DNA from: Oscillospiraceae bacterium
Lineage (GTDB): Bacteria > Bacillota > Clostridia > Oscillospirales > CAG-272
Direction: 5' to 3'
Length of the DNA: 64,000 nt
NCBI GenBank assembly: GCA_015064205.1
Contig: SVSR01000004.1
Span: 35,092 to 99,091, forward strand
Numbering within the stretch: the first letter of the stretch is position 1; every line of letters starts with the position of its first letter. The notes beneath the pieces are model-generated. The model was not told where the DNA came from. It was given only the letters and a program-made list of their open reading frames with translations, and did no database searches. A program made the translations under genes and the position numbers. This document shows positions 9,714-18,809 of this stretch, in pieces.

Positions 9714-9857
9714 ATGAAAAGAGCTGGTGCCTTTCATTTCAATTTGTATATTGAGCCGATTATTATGCGTAAAATAAGATACATAGCTAAGTATTCAGGC
9801 AGAAGCGGTAACAAATTTATTTGCCATTTACTGAAAAATGCAGTGAATACTTTTTGA
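9714..9857 (+). CDS. Small ribbon-helix-helix (Arc/CopG-like) DNA-binding protein, 47 aa
   Basis: MKRAGAFHFNLYIEPIIMRKIRYIAKYSGRSGNKFICHLLKNAVNTF fits the RHH pattern (beta strand FxFxL, helix, GRS-N turn, helix). AAAGGAAA SD lies 7 nt upstream. This is only the distal part of listed ORF 9534-9857. Confidence 0.5.
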   Translation: MKRAGAFHFNLYIEPIIMRKIRYIAKYSGRSGNKFICHLLKNAVNTF

Positions 9858-9964
9858 AAGAAAGTACGGAGAAATATCCGAAGAAGATATGAAAGCGGTA
9901 GGTTTGATAAAATCAAAAGAGTAGCAATAACACCGTGTTTACCCTCATTGCTGCGACTCAATCA

Positions 9965-9990
9965 AAAAGGCACCCTTTCGGGTGCCTTTT
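9965..9990. terminator. Bidirectional terminator (RHH gene / iorB)
   Basis: AAAAGGCACCC-tttc-GGGTGCCTTTT. Confidence 0.75.
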
Positions 9991-9995
9991 AATTA

Positions 9996-10571
9996 TTATT
10001 TCGCTGCTTCGCCAAGCTCGAAAGCTTTCATATTAAGCTCTAAGAACTTTTCGGGAACGCTCATTTCAATCGCTTTTACAAGAGTTGCTCTGTCAAAGCC
10101 GAGCGCATGCGACATAAGTCCGATAAGCGCCACGTTAACAGCCTTTTCGCTTCCTGCTTCTCTTGCTATTGAAAGCGCGTCGGCAGCAATTACGTTTACT
10201 CCCTTTTCACGCATCTTTTCAACAAGATTTTCAGGATACTCTGCCGCGCCCGTAACAACAGGCATCGGATTTATCTGCTGTGTATTTGTAATAAGTACAC
10301 CGTCTGTCTTTAAGTAAGGAAGCCATCTTGCCGCCTCCAAAAGCTCAAAGGACATGATTATATCCGCTTCGCCCTTGCATATAACGGGAGAAGCAACGCT
10401 TTCACCAAATTTTACGTAGGTTACAACAGAACCGCCTCTTTGGCTCATTCCGTGAACCTCGGAAACCTTTACGTCATAGCCCTCAAGCATTACGGCATTA
10501 CCGAGTATACGGCTTGCAAGAAGCGAACCCTGTCCGCCAACGCCGACTATCATAATATTTTTTGAATTCAT
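9996..10571 (-). CDS. iorB: Indolepyruvate:ferredoxin oxidoreductase, beta subunit
   Basis: About 190 aa, N-terminal IMIVGVGGQGSLLASRILG, located directly downstream of iorA. Confidence 0.85.
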   Translation of the reverse strand: MNSKNIMIVGVGGQGSLLASRILGNAVMLEGYDVKVSEVHGMSQRGGSVVTYVKFGESVASPVICKGEADIIMSFELLEAARWLPYLKTDGVLITNTQQINPMPVVTGAAEYPENLVEKMREKGVNVIAADALSIAREAGSEKAVNVALIGLMSHALGFDRATLVKAIEMSVPEKFLELNMKAFELGEAAK

Positions 10572-10595
10572 ATCTTCATACCGTCCTTTCCGTGC

Positions 10596-12323
10596 TTACG
10601 CCTCAATAGCATTCTTCGGGCACATCTGCGAGCAAAGTCCGCATCCAACGCAAAGCGTTGCGTCGATCTTTGCCTTGCCGCCTACTACCGATATACAAGG
10701 ACATCCTATCTTCATGCACGCACGGCATCCGATACATTTATCTTCATTTACCTTAAATGCAGGCGCATGCTTTACATACTTAAGAAGCGCACAGGGCTTA
10801 CGGCAGATAATAACCGACGGTGCTTCTGCTGCAAGCTCTTCTTTAAGTACTCTTTCAACTTCCTTAAGATCGCCCGGATCAACTATGCGGATATGCTCGT
10901 CTGCAACACCTGCAGCACGTGCTATATTTTCAAGCATGATTCCGTGTACAGGCTCACCCTTGAGCGTATATCCCGTGCAGGGATTCTGCTGATGGCCTGT
11001 CATACCCGTAATACTGTTATCAACTATAACAACCGTCGAAATACCCTTATTGTATGTAATATTGGCAAGTCCCGTCATGCCCGAATGCATGAAGGTTGAG
11101 TCGCCGATAACTGCAACGCTCTTGTTTTCCTCGCCGCGAATTTTATTAAATCCGTGAAGGGCAGAGATCGATGCGCCCATACAAAGAGTTGTATCCATAG
11201 CTGAAAGGGGAGCTGCCGCGCCGAGCGTATAGCATCCGATGTCTCCGCTTACGTAAAGTTTTAATTTATTGAATACGTAGAATATTCCTCTGTGCGGGCA
11301 ACCGGGGCAAAGTACAGGAGGACGAACGGGGATATTATCGTCAAGCGCCTTAAACTCTTTTTTCTCGCCGAGAAGCTTTTCTGCAATAAGCTCCTGAGAA
11401 AACTCGCCGAGAAGAGGAAGTATATTCTTGCCATCAACATTAAGACCGAGCGCCTTGCAGTGCTCTTCGATAAACGGATCAAGCTCTTCTATAACGATAA
11501 CACGCTCATGCTTTGCCGCAAAGCTCTTTATAAGCTCGTCGGCAAAAGGATAAACAAGTCCGAGCTTTAAATATGAAGCGCTGTTTCCAAACACCTCAAG
11601 AGCATAGTTGTATGAGGGGCCTGACGTGATAATACCAAGCTTGGAATTATTGTCAATCTCCTTATTGAAAGGACAGTCGCATGCAAATGACGCAAGCTTT
11701 TCAAGTCTTTCTTCAACAACAACGTGCCTGCCACGTGCGTTACCCGGCATCATAACGTGCTTTGCCGCCGATTTTTCATACGGCTTTATATCATGCTCCA
11801 CTCTGTCAGACGTATTAACAAGCGACTGAGAGTGTGAAACTCTTGTATTAAGTCTTAAAATAAAGGGGGTATCAAATTCTTCCGAATAATCGTATGCAAG
11901 CTTTGTAAATTCAAGGCACTCATTTGAGTCGCTGGGCTCGATTATCGGAAGCTTTGCGGCACGTGCATAATGACGGCTGTCCTGCTCGTTCTGAGAAGAG
12001 TGCATACCCGGGTCGTCCGCAACGCCTATTACCATACCGCCGTTAATACCTGTATACGACGTTATAAAGAGCGGGTCTGCCGCAACGTTGAGTCCAACAT
12101 GCTTCATACCGCAGAATGAACGTCCTCCGCCGATCGCCGCGCCAAGTGCAACCTCAAGCGCAACCTTTTCGTTAGGCGCCCATTCAGCGTATACCTCATC
12201 ATATTTTGCCACTGCCTCGGTTATTTCCGTACTCGGTGTTCCGGGGTAGCTTGAAACAAGCTTAACGCCTGCCTCGTAAAGTCCTCTGGCAACCGCCTCG
12301 TTGCCAAGCATCAGTTTCTTCAT
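10596..12323 (-). CDS. iorA: Indolepyruvate:ferredoxin oxidoreductase, alpha subunit (TPP + 2x[4Fe-4S])
   Basis: TPP-binding region (GDSTFMHSGMTGL). C-terminal ferredoxin motifs CIGCRACMKIGCP and CVGCGLCSQMCP. Confidence 0.9.
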   Translation of the reverse strand: MKKLMLGNEAVARGLYEAGVKLVSSYPGTPSTEITEAVAKYDEVYAEWAPNEKVALEVALGAAIGGGRSFCGMKHVGLNVAADPLFITSYTGINGGMVIGVADDPGMHSSQNEQDSRHYARAAKLPIIEPSDSNECLEFTKLAYDYSEEFDTPFILRLNTRVSHSQSLVNTSDRVEHDIKPYEKSAAKHVMMPGNARGRHVVVEERLEKLASFACDCPFNKEIDNNSKLGIITSGPSYNYALEVFGNSASYLKLGLVYPFADELIKSFAAKHERVIVIEELDPFIEEHCKALGLNVDGKNILPLLGEFSQELIAEKLLGEKKEFKALDDNIPVRPPVLCPGCPHRGIFYVFNKLKLYVSGDIGCYTLGAAAPLSAMDTTLCMGASISALHGFNKIRGEENKSVAVIGDSTFMHSGMTGLANITYNKGISTVVIVDNSITGMTGHQQNPCTGYTLKGEPVHGIMLENIARAAGVADEHIRIVDPGDLKEVERVLKEELAAEAPSVIICRKPCALLKYVKHAPAFKVNEDKCIGCRACMKIGCPCISVVGGKAKIDATLCVGCGLCSQMCPKNAIEA

Positions 12324-12338
12324 AATTTTATCCTCTTG

Positions 12339-13076
12339 TTATATTTTATCGTAAATGTTTACTCTCTCAAGCATAACGATAGCTTCCATATTAACTTCGC
12401 CGTTTGCTTTTACCGTGCGGACATAATACTGTCCCTCGCTCTTGGTCATATAAACCTTAAGCAGCTCACCGAGTCGCGCCTCGGATACATAGCTTATGCC
12501 CATCATGATAACACGTTTATTTTCCATCTCAGGAAGGAAGTTGCATATCATATCAGCATAATTCGTGTTATTCATATGAAGGTTCATATCAAGATCGCTG
12601 TATACAACAACTCTTTCTCCAACAAGGCTCAGATTAAGCTCTGAGGGTATATATATACGGCTCGGAGAATCAAGTTCAAGCGGCTCTTCACATTCAAGAT
12701 CAACAGGCAAGCTTGATATCCGGCAAAGCTGTCTTGTTTCAATGTCGATAACACCCCATACGGTTATAACCTCGGCCACGATGTTTCCGTCAACACGCGC
12801 CTGATAGCAACGTGTTAATGAAAGTCCGCGGCTTTCGCACGGCCAGGTGGAAATCTCCAAATCTTCGCCGGGATGTACCGGCTTATATACACTTATGTTT
12901 AATCGGCAAAGCACGTACGTCTTTCCCATCTCCACAAGCTTATTCTGTGAGATCTCACTGTTCTCCAGCTGTTTTGAGGAACACTCTTGCATAAATCTGA
13001 GTAATTCCGTTACTCGCAGATTCGAGTTTGAGTCACAGTGATGAATATCAACCCTGAAATTCTGATAGGTCTTCAT
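12339..13076 (-). CDS. Acyl-ACP thioesterase-family (double hot-dog) protein
   Basis: 245 aa with a FatA/B-like bacterial thioesterase pattern (FRVDIHHCDSNSNLRVTELLRFMQE; second half DLDMNLHMNNTNY). Its stop is 15 nt from the iorA start. Confidence 0.75.
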   Translation of the reverse strand: MKTYQNFRVDIHHCDSNSNLRVTELLRFMQECSSKQLENSEISQNKLVEMGKTYVLCRLNISVYKPVHPGEDLEISTWPCESRGLSLTRCYQARVDGNIVAEVITVWGVIDIETRQLCRISSLPVDLECEEPLELDSPSRIYIPSELNLSLVGERVVVYSDLDMNLHMNNTNYADMICNFLPEMENKRVIMMGISYVSEARLGELLKVYMTKSEGQYYVRTVKANGEVNMEAIVMLERVNIYDKI

Positions 13077-13120
13077 TTATTTATATTTCTCCGCCGTTTT
13101 TACGGCTTCTTTTAATTGTC

Positions 13121-13150
13121 AAAAGGAATGGGCACTCACCCATTCCTTTT
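13121..13150 (-). terminator. serA terminator
   Basis: AAAAGGAATGGG-cactca-CCCATTCCTTTT. Confidence 0.75.
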
Positions 13151-13158
13151 TGCTTATC

Positions 13159-14325
13159 TTAATATACGATAACGTTTACTCTGATAACGCCGTCAATAGC
13201 CTTAACCTTTGAGACAAGCTCCGCAGGAATTTCTCCGTGGCACTCAACCATTGTATATGCAAGTTCTTTCTTGGAGTGGTTGATAAGGTTTTCGATGTTT
13301 ATGTGCTCGTCTGAGAATGCTCCCGATATCTGGCTGAGTATCGTGGGTACGTTCTTATGCATGATACAAAGACGTGCGTCTCCGCCGCGCGGCATCGTTG
13401 CGTTGGGGAAATTTACGCTGTTCTTGATATTTCCGTTTTCAAGATAGTCGATAAGCTCGTTTGCCGCATATATTGCGCAGTTATCTTCGCTCTCCTCTGT
13501 TGATGCACCAAGGTGAGGGATTGCGATTATCTTGTCTTCGTTGATGATGTCATCTGTCGGGAAGTCGGTAACGTAGCTTGCAACCTTACCGCTTGCAATT
13601 GCAACCTTGAGGTCTGCAGAGTTAAGAAGATCTGCTCTGGAAAGGTTGATAATTCTTACTCCGTCCTTCATCTTTGCGAAGTTTTCAGCGCAAAGCATGC
13701 CCTTTGTTTCTGCAGTTGCAGGAACGTGTACACTTATGTAATCGCTCTTAGCGTATATTTCATCGTATGTTGCCGCCTTTTCGATCGAACGTGAAAGTCC
13801 CCATGCAGCTTCAACTGTAATATACGGGTCGCATCCGATAACCTTCATACCGAGTGACTTTGCAACGTTTGCAACAAGTCCGCCGATTGCACCAAGGCCT
13901 ATGATACCGAGAGTCTTGCCCTCTATTTCAACGCCTGCAAACTTGCTCTTGCCCTTTTCGACCGCCTTTTCGGGAGCTTCCGTTCCCTTGAGTGTTCTTA
14001 CCCATTCGATACCGCCAACGATATCACGTGAAGCAAGAAGAAGTGCGGCAACTGCAAGTTCCTTAACGCCGTTAGCATTTGCACCGGGTGTATTGAAAAC
14101 AACTATACCCTTTTCACTGCACTTGTCTATCGGAATATTGTTAACACCTGCACCTGCTCTTGCGATAGCCTTAAGGTTATCGCCGAATTCCATATCGTGC
14201 ATAGCAGCCGAGCGTACCATTATCGCATCGGGATTTGCTATTTCCTCTGCGATTTCATACTTATCAGCGTCAAAGCGGTCTGTGCCGACTTTTGCAATTT
14301 TATTTAAAAGCTGGATCTTATTCAT
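13159..14325 (-). CDS. serA: D-3-phosphoglycerate dehydrogenase (with C-terminal ACT-like domain)
   Basis: NAD motif GIIGLGAIGGLVA, catalytic region PHLGASTEE, adjacent to serC. Confidence 0.9.
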   Translation of the reverse strand: MNKIQLLNKIAKVGTDRFDADKYEIAEEIANPDAIMVRSAAMHDMEFGDNLKAIARAGAGVNNIPIDKCSEKGIVVFNTPGANANGVKELAVAALLLASRDIVGGIEWVRTLKGTEAPEKAVEKGKSKFAGVEIEGKTLGIIGLGAIGGLVANVAKSLGMKVIGCDPYITVEAAWGLSRSIEKAATYDEIYAKSDYISVHVPATAETKGMLCAENFAKMKDGVRIINLSRADLLNSADLKVAIASGKVASYVTDFPTDDIINEDKIIAIPHLGASTEESEDNCAIYAANELIDYLENGNIKNSVNFPNATMPRGGDARLCIMHKNVPTILSQISGAFSDEHINIENLINHSKKELAYTMVECHGEIPAELVSKVKAIDGVIRVNVIVY

Positions 14326-14349
14326 TTCTTTGATTCCTTTCGGATTTTA

Positions 14350-15438
14350 TTACTTTTTAGGATTGTTCTTTGCAAATTCATCCATGAACGCAACGAGCTT
14401 TTCAACGCCCTCGATAGGCATAGCGTTGTAGATAGAAGCTCTCATACCGCCAACAGAACGGTGACCCTTTATATTCTTAAAGCCTGCCGCGTCTGCTTCC
14501 TTTGCAAACTTCTTATCAAGGTCTGCGTCGCCTGTTACAAACGTTACGTTCATCATTGAACGGTATGCCTTTTCAACGGGAGCTACGTAGTAGTCCTGAG
14601 CATCAAGGTAATCGTAAAGGATAGCGGCCTTCTTTTCATTATACTTCTTCATAGCCTCAAGGCCGCCGAGATCGCGTACCCATTCAAATACGAGCTTTGC
14701 GATGTATATCGGATAGCAGGGAGGAGTATTGTACATAGAATCGTTATCTGCCATTGTCTTATAGTCAAGCATAACAGGAATATCTGCGCGCGACTTGCCG
14801 AGAAGATCTTCTCTTACAATAACGATCGTAAGGCCTGCGGGAGCAACGTTCTTCTGCGCGCCGGCGTATATAACGCCAAACTTTGTAACGTCTATGGGTT
14901 CACTCATGATGCAGCTGGACATATCCGCAACAAGCGGGATATCTCCTGTATCGGGAATATAGTTAAACTTTGTTCCGTAAATTGTGTTGTTGAAGCAGAT
15001 GTGTACGTAATCTGCATCAGGTCTTATATCCTCACGCTTGATCTGAGGAATGTATGTATTGTTCTTGTCCTCGCTTGATGCGATGCAAACAACGTCGCCG
15101 TACTTCTGAGCTTCCTTGTACGCCTTCTTTGAGAACTGGCCTGAAACTATGTAGTCAGCCTTGCCTGAACCGTTCATAAGGTTGAGCGGAACTGCCGCAA
15201 ACTGTGTTGACGCGCCGCCCTGCAAGAAGAGCACTTTATAGTTATCGGGAATATTCATAACGCTTCTGAAAAGAGCCTCTGCTTCTTTGATTATCTCCTC
15301 ATATGCGGGAGAACGGTGGCTCATTTCCATTACGGACATTCCTGCGTCCTTATAACATACAAGCTCTGACGCCGCCTTTTCAAGCACGGGCATAGGGAGT
15401 GCAGACGGTCCTGCTGAGAAATTGAATACTCTGTTCAT
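14350..15438 (-). CDS. serC: Phosphoserine aminotransferase
   Basis: MNRVFNFSAGPSALP N-terminus is typical of SerC. The ORF track starts 4 codons earlier (15450), where the AGGA abuts the ATG, so 15438 is preferred. Confidence 0.9.
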   Translation of the reverse strand: MNRVFNFSAGPSALPMPVLEKAASELVCYKDAGMSVMEMSHRSPAYEEIIKEAEALFRSVMNIPDNYKVLFLQGGASTQFAAVPLNLMNGSGKADYIVSGQFSKKAYKEAQKYGDVVCIASSEDKNNTYIPQIKREDIRPDADYVHICFNNTIYGTKFNYIPDTGDIPLVADMSSCIMSEPIDVTKFGVIYAGAQKNVAPAGLTIVIVREDLLGKSRADIPVMLDYKTMADNDSMYNTPPCYPIYIAKLVFEWVRDLGGLEAMKKYNEKKAAILYDYLDAQDYYVAPVEKAYRSMMNVTFVTGDADLDKKFAKEADAAGFKNIKGHRSVGGMRASIYNAMPIEGVEKLVAFMDEFAKNNPKK

Positions 15439-15743
15439 TGTAAATACCATTCCTTTCGATAAGCCGGTAATTTATCCCTTTACTATGCTAAAGCAAAGGT
15501 AATATTATGGTTAATTTTATAACAATATATATTATACTCCTATTTATCCTTCAAGTCAATAAGATTTGCGCTATTTTTTCAACTTTGTATAAATTAAACT
15601 TTATTTGTATATATTTTGGCGCAGTTTTGTATATTTTAAAAATTAAAAGTGTTACAAAAATAGCGACTATTACCACTTATACTGATACTTTTTCGGCACA
15701 CAATAATCACACAGGGATATATTAAAGAAAGGTAGAAAAACAT

Positions 15744-15932
15744 ATGTCGCAAAAAACAACAAACGTAATTATAGCCGCAGTAACAGGTGCCGCGGCAGGC
15801 ACAATGATCGCTCTTGTAAGTCCAACAAAGAACAGCGTTACCAAAAAAGTAAACAGCTTTGCAAGAACAACAAGCCATTTGCTTGGCACTGCAGGTACGG
15901 TATTTTTGAATTTATCCGATATGATCGGATAA
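15744..15932 (+). CDS. YtxH-like small membrane-associated protein
   Basis: IIAAVTGAAAGTMIALVSPTKNSVTKKV resembles the YtxH motif (GAAAG..L.AP.SG). It has a GAAAGG SD and its own terminator. Confidence 0.55.
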   Translation: MSQKTTNVIIAAVTGAAAGTMIALVSPTKNSVTKKVNSFARTTSHLLGTAGTVFLNLSDMIG

Positions 15933-15933
15933 A

Positions 15934-15960
15934 AAAACGGTCGGAAATTCCGACCGTTTT
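15934..15960. terminator. Bidirectional terminator (ytxH-like / pfk)
   Basis: AAAACGGTCGG-aaatt-CCGACCGTTTT. Confidence 0.75.
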
Positions 15961-15964
15961 TAAG

Positions 15965-17197
15965 TTATCTCTCTATAACAAGGTGAACGGGAAGTCCGTT
16001 TTTATAAACAGGAGATACTTCTCCGTTTATAAGAGGCATTATATACTCTAGGCACTCATCCGTTACGTTGTTGCCTCTTTCATTTATAAATTCACGCGGT
16101 ACGAAGCGTATCATATTTGCGATCTCGTGAATATCGCGCGGTATACAGCTTACCGAATACTCACCCTCTGCTCTTTCAAAGCACATCATCTTACCGCTCT
16201 CGCCTGACTCTGCACACTTAACTGCCGCGCGTCCTACCTTCACAGACTCTTCAAGGTCTGCAAGCGAAGCGCAATGGGATGCGCATCTCTGAGGAAGATT
16301 GAGTTCAACCGAGCGTACCTTACAGCCGATTTTTTCTCTTATAATATTTTCAAGCATCTTGCCCGTTCCCGAAAGATACTTATGTCCGAAAACGTCAAGC
16401 GCTCCGCTCTGTGCTGACTCACCGATATATCTGCCGTCTTTGTCACGCGCGCCCTCAGAAACAGCGACTACAACGTTAGGCTTCTTTTCAAGCGCCGCGT
16501 TTACGTCCTCGATAAAGTCGTCAACAGAGAAGGCTACCTCGGGAAGATATACAAGGTCGGGTGATATGACGCAGTTAAGTCTGGGAAGCGCCGCTGCCGC
16601 CGTAAGCCAGCCTGCATCGCGCCCCATTATTTCAACTATTGTAACCGCTTTTACAGTATATACGGCTGTATCTCTGAGCATTTCCTGCATAGTTGTTGCA
16701 ATAAACTTTGCCGCAGAGCCGTAACCGGGAGTGTGGTCTGTTCCGCAAAGGTCATTATCTATTGTTTTCGGAACACCCATAACTCTGAGGTCGCTTCCGA
16801 TCTGTTTTGCATACTTTGTAAGCTTTGCAACGGTATCCATCGAGTCATTTCCGCCGATATAGAAGAAATACTTGATATCAAGCTTTTCAAAAATTTTAAA
16901 AAGCTTTTCGTATACGTCTTTACCCTCATTTATGTCAGGAAGCTTCTTTCTGCACGAGCCGAGAGCCGCCGCAGGAGTGTTTTCAAGAAGCTTTATATCC
17001 TCTTCTGTTTTTACCACGTCGCTCAGAACGCAGTATCTTTCCTCTAAAAGCCCCTCAACTCCGTTGAAGGCGCCGTAAAGCTTATCTATACTTTCGCTTT
17101 CGAGAACACCTCTCAAAACTCCGGCAAGCGTTGCGTTTATCGCCGCTGTCGGTCCCCCCGACTGTCCTACAACCGCATTTCCACGTAACATATTCAT
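15965..17197 (-). CDS. pfk: 6-phosphofructokinase, probably PPi-dependent type
   Basis: VGQSGGPTAAINA, PKTIDND, MGRDAGW. GGNDS replaces the ATP-type GGDGS. Start placed at ATG 17197 (MNMLRGNAVV, AAAGGA SD); the longer listed ORF (to 17311) overlaps the upstream gene. Confidence 0.8.
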   Translation of the reverse strand: MNMLRGNAVVGQSGGPTAAINATLAGVLRGVLESESIDKLYGAFNGVEGLLEERYCVLSDVVKTEEDIKLLENTPAAALGSCRKKLPDINEGKDVYEKLFKIFEKLDIKYFFYIGGNDSMDTVAKLTKYAKQIGSDLRVMGVPKTIDNDLCGTDHTPGYGSAAKFIATTMQEMLRDTAVYTVKAVTIVEIMGRDAGWLTAAAALPRLNCVISPDLVYLPEVAFSVDDFIEDVNAALEKKPNVVVAVSEGARDKDGRYIGESAQSGALDVFGHKYLSGTGKMLENIIREKIGCKVRSVELNLPQRCASHCASLADLEESVKVGRAAVKCAESGESGKMMCFERAEGEYSVSCIPRDIHEIANMIRFVPREFINERGNNVTDECLEYIMPLINGEVSPVYKNGLPVHLVIER

Positions 17198-17219
17198 TTT
17201 CGTCCTTTCATTAAGATGA

Positions 17220-17435
17220 TCACTTATTTTTAAGCTTATTAAAGCGCTCTGCAAGGCTTTCTTTTCTGGACTCGGTTTCTTTTTCAAGACGGCGGTATCT
17301 TCCTTCTTCATACAAAAAAACGTCGCCTTCTTTTAAAGTGCCAAGCTCTTCTGTCGGTACGTTTATAACAGAATCGTTATCTGCATTCACAAGCAGGGCA
17401 TATCCATTTTCAATTCTGTCTGCAACGTACTTCAT
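17220..17435 (-). CDS. DUF3006-like small protein
   Basis: MKYVADRIENGYALLVNADNDSVINVP..LKEGDVF matches the DUF3006 pattern as I remember it. Its stop is 22 nt before the pfk start. Confidence 0.6.
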   Translation of the reverse strand: MKYVADRIENGYALLVNADNDSVINVPTEELGTLKEGDVFLYEEGRYRRLEKETESRKESLAERFNKLKNK

Positions 17436-17560
17436 ACATACTCCTTTTTATAAAAAGCTCTTGCAATAAAGCATGATAATATGTTATCATTATTGTAACA
17501 CTTATAATAGCCCGTGTCAATAAAAAGTTGTATAGAAAAAAACAGAGGTGAGAGGATCTT

Positions 17561-18343
17561 ATGTCGGATACCTACAACATACTTGCTATCGGAGACGCAG
17601 TCAGCATGCAGGCGTGCGAATACTTAAAGGAAAAGCTCTGGGGCATCAGAAAATACCATAATATTTCCTTTACGATCGTAAACGGAGAAAACTCGGCAGA
17701 AGGTAACGGAATGCTAAAGCAAAGCGCTGATATGCTTATAGAAGCAGGCGCTGATGCTATAAGCGGCGGAAATCACACGTTTCGCCGCCGCGAGGTCTAT
17801 TCTTATCTTGACGACAGCCCTTGTTGTGTCCGGCCTGCAAACATGCCCTCATCTGCTCCGGGTTACGGCAGTAGGATAATAGAAGCGGATTCAAAGCGTG
17901 TGCTTGTTATGAATCTGCTCGGTACGGTCTATATGGACGTCTGCGATAACCCGTTTACGTGTGCGGACAAAATACTAGAGGCAAACAAAGGTAAATACGA
18001 CTATGCCGTAGTCGATATCCATGCCGAAGCGACAAGCGAGAAAGCGGCTCTTGCACGCTATCTTGACGGCAGAGTAAGCGTAGTTTTCGGAACGCACACT
18101 CACGTTGTTACTGCAGACGAGCAGGTACTTAAGAGGGGCACGGGATTTATAACCGACCTCGGTATGGTTGGGGTAACAGACAGTATACTCGGTGTTAAAA
18201 GCGATATAGTAATTGAAAAATTCATTTCACGCCTGCCCGTAAGATTTGAGCAGGCGCATGGCGAAGTTTCTGCTTCCGGTACTATATTTACGCTCGACAG
18301 AGCAAGCGGAAAATGTCTCAAGGCAGAAAGAATAATCTTTTAA
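17561..18343 (+). CDS. ymdB: YmdB-family metallophosphoesterase (2',3'-cyclic-nucleotide phosphodiesterase-like)
   Basis: ILAIGDAV, NGENSAEGNG, GGNHTF, DIHAEATSEK, GTHTHV. Confidence 0.85.
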   Translation: MSDTYNILAIGDAVSMQACEYLKEKLWGIRKYHNISFTIVNGENSAEGNGMLKQSADMLIEAGADAISGGNHTFRRREVYSYLDDSPCCVRPANMPSSAPGYGSRIIEADSKRVLVMNLLGTVYMDVCDNPFTCADKILEANKGKYDYAVVDIHAEATSEKAALARYLDGRVSVVFGTHTHVVTADEQVLKRGTGFITDLGMVGVTDSILGVKSDIVIEKFISRLPVRFEQAHGEVSASGTIFTLDRASGKCLKAERIIF

Positions 18344-18347
18344 GAAA

Positions 18348-18375
18348 ATACGGGAGTGCCAAAGCACTCCCGTAT
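18348..18375. terminator. Bidirectional terminator (ymdB / mazF)
   Basis: ATACGGGAGTGC-caaa-GCACTCCCGTAT. Confidence 0.6.
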
Positions 18376-18404
18376 GTATTTATTATCCCGTATTTAAGAT
18401 CTTA

Positions 18405-18809
18405 TCACGCCGTAACACCGCTTTGGACAGCTTTTGCTGTCTGCCCGTGAACACTGTCCCCTGCAAGCTGCAAACCGAAGCTTACCGAAATAGCATCGTC
18501 CACACGGCTCATCAGCGCATCGTCAAGATGTCCCATTTTTTCTTTAAGACGTTTTTTATCAAGAGTTCTTATCTGTTCAAGCAATATGACCGAGTCTTTT
18601 GCAAGTCCGTAGCTGTCGGCAAATACATCTATGTGAGTCGGAAGCTTCGTTTTTGAGATCTGGCTTGTGATAGCAGCGGCTATAACGGTGGGGCTGTACT
18701 TGTTGCCTATGTCATTCTGGACTATAAGCACAGGTCTGAGTCCTCCCTGCTCGCTCCCTATCACAGGGCTAAGATCGGCATAGAAAATATCTCCGCGTTT
18801 TACGCTCAA
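18405..18809 (-). CDS. mazF: MazF/PemK-family endoribonuclease toxin (EndoA/NdoA-like)
   Basis: [71 protein letters not shown] is very close to Bacillus EndoA. TTG start with GGAGAG SD. C-terminal extension of about 17 aa. Confidence 0.9.
   Translation of the reverse strand: MSVKRGDIFYADLSPVIGSEQGGLRPVLIVQNDIGNKYSPTVIAAAITSQISKTKLPTHIDVFADSYGLAKDSVILLEQIRTLDKKRLKEKMGHLDDALMSRVDDAISVSFGLQLAGDSVHGQTAKAVQSGVTA

Noticed and set aside
9534-9857. Listed 107-aa ORF taken at full length
   Set aside because: The first 60 codons run through the leader hairpins and T-runs with no SD. Only the distal 47 codons (9714-9857) have an SD and an RHH-like sequence.
13901-14431. 176-aa ORF antisense to serA. 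The same applies to 24139-24624 (gap), 50820-51308 (ynbB-like), 51747-52235, 16299-16724, 36613-37209, 62672-63151 and many shorter ones.
   Set aside because: All lie wholly inside strongly recognisable genes on the opposite strand, lack SD sequences and have Ser/Pro/Ala/Leu-rich antisense-type composition.
15507-15725. 72-aa hydrophobic ORF in the serC / ytxH-like intergenic region
   Set aside because: The I/L/F/Y/K-rich sequence is what AT-rich promoter DNA translates to. No family was recognised, and it overlaps the region where both divergent promoters must lie. A weak AAAGGT SD means it cannot be fully excluded.
15965-17311. Long form of the pfk ORF (448 aa)
   Set aside because: The extra 38 N-terminal codons overlap the DUF3006-like gene and are not PFK-like. 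ATG 17197 has an SD and gives the canonical N-terminus.
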